From NCBI GenBank assembly GCA_950097015.1, contig CATNEN010000034.1:4650001-4714000 (forward strand): a stretch of DNA of 64,000 bases, read 5' to 3'. The stretch is from Macrostomum hystrix. Taxonomy: Eukaryota; Animalia; Platyhelminthes. Positions 9,950-21,303 of this stretch are shown here, piece after piece. Below the pieces are notes generated by a model, which had not been told where the DNA came from, did not search any database, and saw only the letters and a program-made list of their open reading frames with translations. A program made the translations under genes and the position numbers. Positions within the stretch are counted from its first letter, which is position 1, and the number at the start of each line of letters is the position of its first letter.

Positions 9950-12900
9950 CTACTTCCCAGGCCGTCTGGCCGCAGTTCCAGAGGCGGGGCCAGCGCCACC
10001 AGAAGGCCGCTCGCGCTCATTCTTGTACTCGGTCTCCACCTTCTTTTGCACCTCCTCCCAGGATGGCACGGCCTGGCAAATGAAGGATAACGGAAAGGGA
10101 ATTTTCAATAGCCGTACTCCAAGAAGACTGGAGTCTTACTCAACAGTAGCGCACTGTAAAAAGTACACTGCACATCAGCCAACCCCCCTGAGTTTGACGA
10201 TAGGCAGGGCTGAGTGGCAGGGTGGTCAAACGCGTTTGCCTCTCGCACCAAGGTCCCTGAGCTCGATTCCGCGGCGAGGCCACATTTATTTAGGGCGCAG
10301 CCGCGGAGAGAAGGCTTGGGGGCTTGTCGTGCAATTTACGCCCTTGAGGGTCAACCTCCAAGACAAAGTGAGAGTGTACACTGCCTGACGATCAGAAAGT
10401 CAGGGCAGATATACACACCTGTGTGAGCGTGTGCCTGCCTACGGTATCTGTGTGCGGGAGTCAGCGAAATGGGCAGAAGTGCCTCCTTGCTGGCTGCGGG
10501 TCTAGTGTCACTAAATGATGTGCCATTGACCGCAGCCCTCCTGAAATAAATAATAATAGTATTATATTATTACTGACGATAGGCAATTAGAAAATGGTTA
10601 ATTGTCCACCTCAGATCCACGAGCTAATAGGGAATATCACTCACCTGGCGAATTACAACCCTTTGTTCACAAACAAATCTCGTCAGTTAAAGAATTTTTA
10701 AAACCCCAGAGCTATAAGATAATCACTAAGCAGCTTAGCAAAATCGGTTTGCACATTCAAAAGCATTAAAAGGCCAAATATCCCAGTTTCTCACTTCTTC
10801 TGCCAGTTGTTTAAACTTTGGCAGCGTTTCCTTGCGGCCAACTCGCTCCAGAAATTGGCGCCGATAAGCCAGCACAATGTCCACATGCGCTCGGTGCTTC
10901 TGAGCCAGGTCCAGAGCTCGCTCCCAGCTGTAGAGGCCCAGGTGAAGCATGATTGCACGGAACAGCAGACCTGCCTGCACTAGCAGGCCCTCTGCATCCT
11001 GAACGTTGCCAGACAGCAGAAGCATCTCGGCGTTGCTGGCCTCTTTAAGCGGCAACGACCGGATGTACTGGATGTACTCAACTTTGTCCGGCTCGGCGAT
11101 GGCAGCGAACGCCGTCTCCGCGGTGTCCAGATCCCGTTTGGCGATGCTCATCGCAGCCAGCACCGCCCAGAGAATTTCATCGTCGACGAAGTGGCAGAGC
11201 TTGATGGCTTCGCGCCACTTGCCGACAGCCGCGTAGCCGTGTAAAGTGCACGGATAGGGCGAGATGCTGACCGTCACAGGCGAGCCGTCCGACTTGCGGA
11301 CCGCGATGGATCGGCCGAGGAAGCCGACAAGCTGCGGACTCTTGCCGAACTCGATTGCCGCGTCCCGCTCGTAGACGGTTCGCCGAACCAGGGCGGCGTC
11401 CTGCAGCGCCGCAGCGGGGTAATAGTACACTAGCAGCTTGTTTCCAGCCAGACAGGCCAGCATGTTGGCGTCGCTGTTCCAACGCATGGACTCAACCATG
11501 GTTCCAATCTTAGCCACTCGGCGCTGGCCACCGTAGGTGCGAACCTGGATAAGCCACATATTTTCATCTATGTGTTCTTCTTTAAGCATTTAAGCACAGG
11601 AATTATGTTGAAACGCGTTTCAAAACATATCTACGCAGAAGATATGGCATAGAGTTTTAGGGACGTATTTATTTAGATCCAGATGGCCGAAGGCCCTCTA
11701 AATCTGGCTGTACTGAATCTGGTACTAAATTATCTACTACTAATAAGCCAGTACTAAATCTGGCTGTACTGAATCTGGTACTAAATTATCCAGTACTAAA
11801 TCTGGCTGTATCTCAGGATAAATCCCTAAAAATTACTGCATCTAGAGTTAATCCCTCAATCTGGCAGTACCTAGGGATAAAACCTTCAACATGACTGATT
11901 CTAGGGATAAATCCCTCAACATGACTGATTCTAGGGATAAATCCCTCAACATGACCGATTCTAGGGATAAATCCCTCAACATGACTGATTCTAGGGATAA
12001 ATCCCTCAACATGACTGATTCTAGGGATAAATCCCTCAACATGACCGATTCTAGGGATAAATCCCTCAACATGACTGATTCTAGGGATAAATCCCTCAAC
12101 ATGACTGATTCTAGGGATAAATCCCTCAACATGACTGATTCTAGGGATAAATCCCTCAACATGACTGATTCTAGGGATAAATCCCTCAACATGACTGATT
12201 CTAGGGATAAATCCCTCAACATGACTGATTCTAGGGATAAATCCCTCAAAATGACTGATTCTAGGATAAATCCCTCAACATGACTGATTCTAGGGATAAA
12301 TCCCTCAACATGACTGATTCTAGGGATAAAACCTTCAACATGACTGATTCTAGGGATAAATCCCTCAACATGACTGATTCTAGGGATAAATCCCTCAACA
12401 TGACTGATTCTAGGATAAATCCCTCAACATGACTGATTCTAGGGATAAATCCCTCAACATGACTGATTCTAGGGATATATCCCTCAACATGACTGATTCT
12501 AGGATATATCCCTCAACATGACTGATTCTAGGGATAAATCCCTCAACATGACTGATTCTAGGGATAAATCCCTCAACATGACTGATTCTAGGGATAAATC
12601 CCTCAACATGACTGATTCTAGCGATAAATCCCTCAACATGACTGATTCTAGGGATAAATCCCTCAACATGACTGATTCTAGGGATAAATCCCTCAACATG
12701 ACTGATTCTAGGGATAAATCCCTCAACATGACTGATTCTAGCGATAAATCCCTCAACATGACTGATTCTAGGGATAAATCTCTCAAGTCCAGCGCATGGA
12801 CTCAACCATGGTGCCAATCGTGGCCACTGGACGCTGGCCACCTTAAATGCGAACCTGAGTAGCCATATATTTTCAAAAATGTGTTCTTCTTTAACGCAAG

Positions 12901-14493
12901 TAAGCATAGGAACTATATTGAAACGCGTTTCCAACACGTATCTGCTTCACAGTTCTGATCCATGACTTTTCATGATGTTTACTTACTCCAGAATTAGCCT
13001 ACCTGGGTTATAAATAAGTCCCGATTTCTATCGATGATCGCCAGTTTTCGATCAGTGGCGGGTCCGCACTGGTCGAGAGCAACCTCAGCAACCTCCGTCT
13101 TGTGCATGATTGGCTTGCCGTCGCCTACAAGCCTGCCAGTTGCCGTGTCGAACGCGTAAATAGCCTTTTCGTCTGTTTTATCAGCGAGCACAACAGTGTC
13201 CGGGCTGATGGAGCAGGTGAGAGGGCTGAGTGTGTCGGCGCGCATGTCTTGATAGCGCGGTGAGCAGATCAGACGACCCTCGTATGAGTACACATGCACA
13301 GATCCCTGGTCTGCTAAGAGGAATTGCTTCTCGCACATGTCAATCATCGTGACACAGCCGCCTTTCAAGTCGAATATCGTCGGTGTGTTCCAGTTCCGAG
13401 TGCCATAGACGAAGCATTGGGTGGCAGTGCATACAACCAAGTGATTCCAGTTGAGGCTCACCTTCACGATGCGATCGCGAAAGTCTAGCTTGTCTGTAGC
13501 ATCGTCTAGAACGTTGCGCACCGAAATAGACTTCTCACTTTCAATAACAGCCTCGATGTTCTTCCACTCGAGCCGGCGCCCGACCACCTGGCAGAAGACC
13601 ACGCGACCGTTGCCACCGGCGGCCACTGCCTGGGTACTATCGCTGCTCCAGCACACATTGAACACGGAACCGCAGTCAATCTTCTCCAAGCTGTAAGACC
13701 AGCCGCAACGGTCGCACAGGCGGATGGAGTTGAAACTGCCGACCAGAAACAGTTCGCCGTCCGGCGACCAGCTGACGGAGGTCACGGGGTAGTCGGAGAC
13801 TGCGGGGCTGGAGTACACGCAGCGACCAAATGAGTCCCACAGCTTGTAGCGACAGTCCTCGGCGCCGGACACAATGAGATTGTTGATCGGATTCCAGTCC
13901 ACCTTCAGCACTAGGTTTTCGTGCGCCTTCCAAGCTGTTGGACGAGCGTTTGGTTGCAGCGACTTCAGAACCAGCTGTTTGCCCAGACTGTACACAACTT
14001 GATCTGAGTTGGCGCTCCAGGATCCTGAGTAGACTGGATAGGCATTCTGAGACAGCACAGAGCGCAGCATGCCATTCCGAGACCAAATCTTCACCGCGCC
14101 GTCCTCGCCACAACTCAAAAGCATGCTGCCGTCGTGGCTCCAGCGGACTGACAGAACCGCGCCCGTGTGTCCTTCGATCACTTTCTCAACGCGGCCAGCA
14201 CGCGACATGATGTATAGCTTGCCGTCAGTCGAGCCCAATACAAAGACCTCCGAGCCGGTGACCTTCTTTGGTCCGCCGCCACCTCCAGACGCTGCCGGCA
14301 GCCAGTGCATGTCTGTTGGGAAAACGCCATCGGCCAGCTTTGGCAGCGCCTGCGAGTCAGAAGAGTTCAGATTCCATCGGATCAGTTGATGATCATCGCC
14401 AGCAGAGATCACCTCCTCGGGACTGGCAAAGCCGACTGCGCTTACCAAATCTGTGTGTTTTTGATCCTTAGCAATTAAAGTCTTCAACTTCAT
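9950..14493 (-). CDS. IFT80: Intraflagellar transport protein 80 (WD40 IFT-B subunit), 787 aa; exons 14493-13003, 11544-10795, 10072-9950
   Basis: MKLKTLIAKDQKH..GRVEKVIEGHTGAVL..GEDGAVKIWSRNGMLRS..WKAHENLVLKVDWNP..WNTPTIFDL..DRNRDLF | GTMVESMRWN..YSWERALDLA..HVDIVLAYR | SWEEVQKKVETE follows human IFT80 along its length. Junctions are phase-0 GT-AG; stop TAG at 9952-9950. Confidence 0.96.
10207..10573 (+). mobile_element. tRNA-derived SINE, full-length copy with 12-bp TSD, in IFT80 intron 2
   Basis: Head with A-box-like TGGCAGGGTGG and B-box-like GCTCGATTCC; AT-rich tail (aaataaataataatagtattatattattac); TGACGATAGGCA at both 10195-10206 and 10574-10585. Homologous copies at 44.6-45.15 kb. 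Confidence 0.85.
11845..12785. repeat. 30-bp minisatellite, about 31 copies, in IFT80 intron 1; internal palindrome AGGGAT-AA-ATCCCT
   Basis: Unit aacatgactgattctagggataaatccctc. Confidence 0.95.
12789..12950 (-). pseudogene. Degenerate duplicate of the IFT80 intron-1 3' end plus first about 66 nt of exon 2 (pseudo-exon, TAA at codon 4)
   Basis: 12789-12950 aligns with about 11480-11640. Minus strand actcag|GTT CGC ATT TAA GGT GGC CAG versus the true atccag|GTT CGC ACC TAC GGT GGC CAG. Confidence 0.85.
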
Positions 14494-15400
14494 TGCAGCT
14501 GAAAGTTTTTTTCGCGAATTCAAGAAGCATTAGCTCGCATCTCGCTGTTTTACGAACTAACTTAATACATCACTAGTACATTAATATACATGAAGCAACA
14601 TACAAGTATCCAAAACATTTTTTAGCTCTAATGCATATAAAAGGCACAAAATTTTCATCGTGAAATTTTCTCTTTTCCCAATATATAGTGAAGAAAAATA
14701 CATACAGACCCTTAAAGTTAAAAACATTTAAGATGTTGTTGTGAAAACATATAAGAGTATAGTAAGGCTAGAAACAAAGTGTGCTCAGTAACTTACACTC
14801 TTTTATGATCATCAGAAGTGAATATCTAAGTGAATATTATATATTTTACAGAAACGAAATCACCTTTGCATGATTACGTGCTTCAGAGGCATTTTATGTA
14901 AAATTAAAGTCCATATGAAAATAGGTGCACAATAAAATGTTGAGTCTTTTGGATTCAGAAACTACTGACAAAAATGACTCAGAATGCTTATTTGATCTTA
15001 AAAAGCGTCTCAATAGTCATTAATTTCTTCTGCCTACAATAGTCAGCTGTAATTTGACATCTAATTAGAAATGATTTTAGGAATGGATATTCCTAAAATG
15101 ATTTTGGAAATGGATTTACAATTTCAAATTTAGGAAATTTTTTAGGAAATAATTTAGACTATTTTTTAGATATGAAGAGAAGAAAATGCACATAGAAAAT
15201 TTGGTCTTAGTCAATTAGAATAAACTGAAATTAGTCTACAATCCTTTTAGTATCAGTACCCGAGTTAGTAAAAAGTACTAGAAGCGCTATTATGATCATT
15301 TACTGAACTTTCAATCCACCACATGGAATGTGGTGCAATTTATCGCTCTAATATGCGATATATCTACTTTTCGAATTTGTTCACTACGTTTTACTCCTCG

Positions 15401-15452
15401 ATGAATTTGGTCAAAAGACAAACAGACAGCATTTTCGATGTTGTAGAAATTA
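15401..15452 (+). CDS. Candidate ATG-bearing first exon of the TRIP12-region transcript
   Basis: ATG at 15401, 17 open codons, then a consensus GTAAGT donor at 15453. It lies about 0.9 kb from the IFT80 start, in divergent orientation. Confidence 0.3.
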
Positions 15453-15683
15453 GTAAGTCATGAAAAAGTTCCACATTTTTCTATTTAAATTTTTCGTTAC
15501 TGGTGTAAATAAACTTGCGTAAAACAAATATCAATACTGAGAAATTCTTTGTGAGGCAAGTATAATATGGAAAGCTAATAAAACATAATTTTACACAAAA
15601 TATTTTATTCCTATAAAAAATTGGTTCGTACTTGTAATTGATCAGCTGTTAATGCGAGAATTCATCTATTATTTTCCTTTCAG

Positions 15684-15737
15684 ATCAAACTGCGACTCGT
15701 CTGCGAGTGATCACCTGCCGTCACCGAGCAGTTTTAA
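15684..15737 (+). CDS. Candidate small 5' exon of the TRIP12 transcript (54 nt)
   Basis: attattttcctttcag|atcaaac...gttttaa|gtaaag. Open in two frames and phase-compatible with the 25961 exon. Confidence 0.4.
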
Positions 15738-16268
15738 GTAAAGCAAGTGATATATGTTTAACTTATTATTGTTGCATCATAAAATTATCAATACGTCTAC
15801 TATTCTTTGAACTTTTGTAAGTTTTTTTCTTTGGCATGTACGCAGTACACAAGCACTTTGAGTAGCCATCTAGGCTAGCAAGACCTAGAGTCCTAGACTG
15901 ACTGTGACATACTTAGCTTTAGAAATATTGGTAGGATTACTGTAAACTTTAAGTCCTACCTATAAGAAATATTGTAAGGTAACTGGGATATATATATTGC
16001 ATAAGCCAATATGCATGTGTCAATATGCATTAGGCCTAGGCCTATGCAATTTACAATATATATTGCATAATTGTTTTTGTAAGAGCTTTTATGTGAAGTT
16101 TCTTTTCAATTTAAATCATTCATTATATTAGAATTGCCTTTGGCCTCCCTTGTATTATGACTTTGCTATTTGTCTCAGCCAGCCTCACTTCCCTACCATT
16201 TTTAATTCATTCATTTTTATTGTTGCCTAGCCCTAGGTTTTGTCAATTTAGATTGCCATTATGGAAGT

Positions 16269-17200
16269 GCTTATTCCCATGGTCCGGTGCAGATAATTTC
16301 AATTTTATCCAAATGGATCAGTGCCGCTAATTTTCTGCTTATCCACACAGCAGCTTGTATGAATAGGTCTACTTTCAAGTCCCTACCTCAGGGGTCAGCA
16401 GACTTATTAGCTAGTGGGCCAAAAAGAGAACCTAAAAGATGGCAGCGGGCCGCATTGACTGTAGAAAGATGAGATAGGGGAGAGATGAGACATGGGAGAG
16501 ATAAGACAGCAGAAAGATGAGACACGGAAGAGACGAGACAGGGGAAAGATGAAACAGGATACTGTAGGTGTCGGAAGGGGCAACAGGCCGGATTTGGGAG
16601 CTTCGAGGGCCGCATCTGGCCCGCGGGCCGGAGTTTGCCAACCCCTGCCCTACCTATTCTTCTCTGAGCATAAGGCTTTTGCTTCAGAATATAGTGTATA
16701 GTGTACACTATCAATGCATACTGTAAAAGAATAACAAAGATGTATAATATGTTTGACGAGTTTGGTGCTGACTAGAATTCTGCTGGTTGACTTTAGTATG
16801 ATTCTCTTTGATAGACTTTTTATTTTTTAAGTCAATACATTTTGAATGAAAACACGTAACGATGAAAAAATATTTAGTAAGTTGTTATTAAAATAATTAA
16901 AAAGGATGACATTAATGTTGGTTAATGAATGTGTAGGTCGAAATGTAGAACATTGTCATAACACACTGGCAACTTTGTCCATCTATTGGCTCGAGGGTGC
17001 AACAAAACGTTCAAACCTGAAAGGGCCTCGTTTTAAAGAACAGAACCGTGTAGATAAAATTTAAATTAATGGCACGCATATATAAAGAGTTGTATACCTA
17101 TTCATACAAGCTGCCGTGTGGATAAGCAGAAAATTTAATTATCGGCATGGATCCGTGTGGATAAAATTGAAATTATTGGCATGGGACCATGGGAATAAGC
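16269..17200. mobile_element. Foldback/MITE-like element with about 100-bp imperfect terminal inverted repeats (16269-16368 and 17096-17200)
   Basis: gcttattcccatggtcc..ataatttcaattttatcc..ttttctgcttatccacacagcagcttgtatgaataggt versus acctattcatacaagctgccgtgtggataagcagaaaatt..ggataaaattgaaattat..ggaccatgggaataagc. Confidence 0.65.
16389..16647. mobile_element. Non-autonomous hAT DNA transposon (MITE), 259 bp
   Basis: Termini CAGGGGT..ACCCCTG; right end GGCCCGCGGGCCGGAGTTTGCCAACCCCTG typical of hAT (Charlie-like) ends; perfect 8-bp TSD CCCTACCT at 16381-16388 and 16648-16655. Confidence 0.85.
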
Positions 17201-17804
17201 TCTGCCTATAGTTATAGCTTATATGATAGCTTCTCTTTAAAAATGTTGCTTGGCCAGGCCACCAGGGTGCTGGTCATTTTGTCAACTGTCATATCATTAA
17301 CAAAGTACTTTTAGTCATAACAGGCTATGCCAATAATTCCTTATCTTAGGCACAGCAGCAGGCTAGCAGCAATCCTAGTCACCTTGTCAACTGCTGTTTA
17401 GTCAAGTGGTTAACAATGTGACCAGAATTAAGGGGTGCCCTAATTTGTAGTTGAAAAGTGAACAGAATTGCCAAGGCTAGACATCTGTGGTTGACAAAGT
17501 GACCAAGCTTTCTTGGCTATTGTATAAACTAGTTTTCAACTAGCTGTGGAATGCAATATACAACATGCAACATGACTATGACATAAACATTTGTACTCAG
17601 CTGACTACAATATATTGCAACTTTAGTCCCCCACCAGTCCTTAGATCTGTGTATATATATATCCCTACCCAATGATGGCCAATCACCAACAGAATTGCTA
17701 CCTGATGTGTACTATGAGCATTGTTCTTTGCTAAAGAAGGACAAACATTGCTAAAGGGGACATTGTTTTTCTGCTAAAGATAGGCATTGGTTCTCTGATA
17801 AAGG

Positions 17805-18500
17805 GGAGCAAACCTTGCTAAAGGAAGGGCAAACCTTGCTAAAGGAAGGGCTAACCTTGCTAAAGGAAGGGCAAACCTTGCTAAAGGAAGGGCTAACCTT
17901 GCTAAAGGAAGGGCAAACCTTGCTAAAGGAAAGGCAAACCTTGCTAAAGGAAAGGCAAACCTTGCTAAAGGAAAGGCAAACCTTGCTAAAGGAAAGACAA
18001 ACCTTGCTAAAGGAAAGACAAACCTTGCTAAAGGAAAGACAAACCTTGCTAAAGGAAGGGCAAACCTTGCTAAAGGAAAGGCAAACCTTGCTAAAGGAAA
18101 GGCAAACCTTGCTAAAGGAAAGGCAAACCTTGCTAAAGGAAAGGCAAACCTTGCTAAAGGAAAGGCAAACCTTGCTAAAGGAAAGGCAAACCTTGCTAAA
18201 AGAAAGGCAAACCTTGCTAAAGGAAAGGCAAACCTTGCTAAAGGAAAGGCAAACCTTGCTAAAGGAAAGACAAACCTTGCTAAAGGAAGGGCTAACCTTG
18301 CTAAAGGAAGGGCAAACCTTGCTAAAGGAAAGGCAAACCTTGCTAAAGGAAAGGCAAACCTTGCTAAAGGAAAGACAAACCTTGCTAAAGGAAAGACAAA
18401 CCTTGCTAAAGGAAGGGCAAACCTTGCTAAAGGAAAGGCAAACCTTGCTGAAGGGGCGCAACCTTGCTAACGGGGGGTAATCTTTGCTAAAGGGGGTCAT
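17805..18500. repeat. 21-bp minisatellite, about 32 copies
   Basis: Unit aaaccttgctaaaggaaaggc. Confidence 0.95.
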
Positions 18501-18854
18501 TTATTTTCTGCTAAAGGTATGAATTTTTATTCACTAAATTGGTTCTTGGCTAAAAAAAATATTTTTCTAAATTCAGATTTTTCTAATTCCAAAATGCAAT
18601 TTGACAGCTAAATCATATGATTGGAAGCCATCTGGCCATATCAACAGTCTATGCAGTGTGATTGGTATCAACAGTGGCAGCATAGGTCATGCGGCACAGG
18701 CATCTTACAGGCTCAATATCAAATCTTAATGTGGCAAGACAAATTCAGGCAGGCTTGTAACAATTGCCAGGTGGAGGTTGAGGTTGTGGCAGCAGAGGCC
18801 ATGGCAATGGAGGTTGTGGCAGTGGAGGCTTGACTTGTTAACAAATTGACCAGG

Positions 18855-18975
18855 GTTTGAGATGGCCCAATTGGCTAGTTGATGAAGTGACACAAGTTTA
18901 AGATGGCCCAATTGGCTAGTTGATAAAGTGATACGAGTTTAAGATGGCCCAATTGGCTAGTTGATAAAGTGACCA
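18855..18975. repeat. 41-bp repeat, 3 copies
   Basis: gatggcccaattggctagttgataaagtga at 18861, 18902 and 18943. Confidence 0.85.
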
Positions 18976-21303
18976 AATACTGGCATGGATCCAGTTGATG
19001 ACCATTTGATAAAATGACAGTTAAGGAAGTGGCTAGCACCCGCCAATATGGGTCCATGTAACATTAAAATAGACTACAATGGAACCAAGGCTTTAAAAGC
19101 TTTGCTGATTTATTGTTAATATTTTTAAAACAAAAATAAAATAAAAAACTTGAAAGAAAAACAATTTTATACATTTCCAGAAAAAAATGTTTTTGTATAG
19201 AAATTATAGCAAGTTGTAGTTGCAAATTTAATATATTTTTGTCTCCATTTTTGTCGCTTTTTTTAACTAAGGTAATAGCCATGGCTTATTAGACACCAAT
19301 AATTGGTTAATCTCAGTTTCAAGATGTTTAGTTTTTTTAAGCAATAAATATTGTTTAGAATCTGAACTTATACATCATTAACAAGTTAATTATAATATGA
19401 TACATAGTTTGTTAAAAAATGCTAATGAGATTTCAAAATATCAACCAGACATTAGCAGCTCTTAAAGCCATATTATAAAATAAAATATAAAAACTACTGC
19501 TTATGTACCTTAGTAGTCCATTGTAGTCTGTTGCTGCCTGTTTCAGCGTTTACATGGACCCCAACAGTAGTAATGCTTAACAGTAAGCAGTAATTTAGCA
19601 ATAATGCTAAATATAATGACAATAAAAATAATTGCTTTGGTCTTCTACCAATACCAACACAGAAAGCACCATATTAGGCCTACCATTGTGTGTAGCGACA
19701 ACTATACTCGTATAATATAACAAATTGTAATGCATAGCTAAATGTGCACAACACAAACTAAGTGTAGGCTACACATACTTATCTATGTCTATATTTGTCA
19801 ATCAAGGACACAAAATTATGCAATAGAATGCATTTATTTATGGGATCTGGGGTATACAAGTATATTCACTGTGCTGCCAATTAGGAGAAGCTCATTACTA
19901 AGTAACTGTTGTATTTGATATGCTACAAATATAAACACTAATTTTAATTTAATAGTTCAATTTCTGGCCGCTATTAAGAATTCATAAGCAAGAACTTCCA
20001 CAACTCACTATTAAGATTAATAGCTGCCATGTTTCTAATAGAGGGTTGCAAATTACTAATTCTCAAGGTTAAGAGCATGCCACTGTCATTCCTTTAATTT
20101 CCAGAATTTAGCAGGCCTAATGTGGTGATTTGCTACCCATATAGACCAGGCCAACATATCCATAAGCAAGCCACAACTCCTTTTTAAGGGCATGGCAGGC
20201 TTCTTGAACTTTAATCCTATAAAATATTTTGGGCTTTCCAATTGGCTTCAAACTTCACCTAATGACCTCAGTTGGTCTACAACCCACTAAAAGACTGAGG
20301 TTAGTTGACTTACAATCAGTTGTAGCTTACCTGTACATTAAAAATGGATATATATTAAAAGTTTTATTAAAATTTGCTCATAGTTTTATAAAAATTTTAA
20401 GTATCTCCTTTTTTGAACATTAATTTTTTATGAAAAAATTACTTATAGCATGAGCTTCATTGTAGGATCAAGTTGTTGCTATCATTGTCATAGTGTATGA
20501 TTCTCATATATTAAGGTCTCTCAAAAGTCCTTTGGCCCACCCTATAATAACAATATAGAATTAATCTTTAATATGTCCCTATGTCTGTATTGAAGTTTAA
20601 ACCTATTTATTATTCACACCCACCCAAAAGCCCCATAATCTCCATTTCCCACTTATTGTGGTCTTCCAATATATTGGGGTACCCATAAGAGCCCTTATGC
20701 CCATCCTAATTAACAAGCAATCTTCAGTTTGGCAATTTATAACTAGAATAGTAGTACTAAAGAATAGTACAATGGGCATTCAATTAGTTAAAGCCTTACT
20801 AAGCACAGTTTTGAATATTAGCCTTTTATATTATTTGGTAGAATTATATTTTTGTCTTAAGAAAAATACAAATGCATTGTTTAAAAAACTTATATACACT
20901 TGTCTCATCTCTTTTTTATGGTTAGATTCCAACGAGATGTTTCCTGCTTATAACCACCATCTATATGGTTTATTTTTACTTTAAATTTAAAGTATTTTTT
21001 GCGAAGAAATAATTTTATTAAAGCACTAGTACTGATGCATGGTTTGCTGTTTTTAGAATATCCATAAGATAATTTTAATTTAGATAATACACTTACAAAA
21101 GCATACCTTTTCTGTTGCAGAACAAACCACTTCCATGATTTGTCCTGCGAAACAACCTTATGGCAAGGAAAAGTAAGAAATCTACTCGCGCAAGTAAGCA
21201 GCCAGCTGAGAAACAATCTGTTATCAGGTGAGTGCCAGATGGGATTATCATGGGATAATGACAGATGCACTGACACATTGGCATTTGTGAATGGGATAAT
21301 GAC

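Noticed and set aside
10207-10285. tRNA gene
   Set aside because: It has box-like motifs but no convincing cloverleaf, and it is the head of a TSD-flanked multi-copy SINE.
10645-10711. 67-nt stop-containing cassette exon in IFT80 intron 2 (tag|...ccag|gtgagt on minus)
   Set aside because: The donor is strong but the acceptor is ordinary and there is no other support; such sites occur by chance.
11845-12785. CRISPR-like palindromic 30-bp repeats
   Set aside because: Units are head-to-tail with no unique spacers, there are no cas genes, and the locus is a eukaryotic intron.
20905-21303. C-terminal ~130 aa of the 388-aa integrase ORF
   Set aside because: Similarity to BEL ends near 21304; the rest is satellite and AT-rich read-through.
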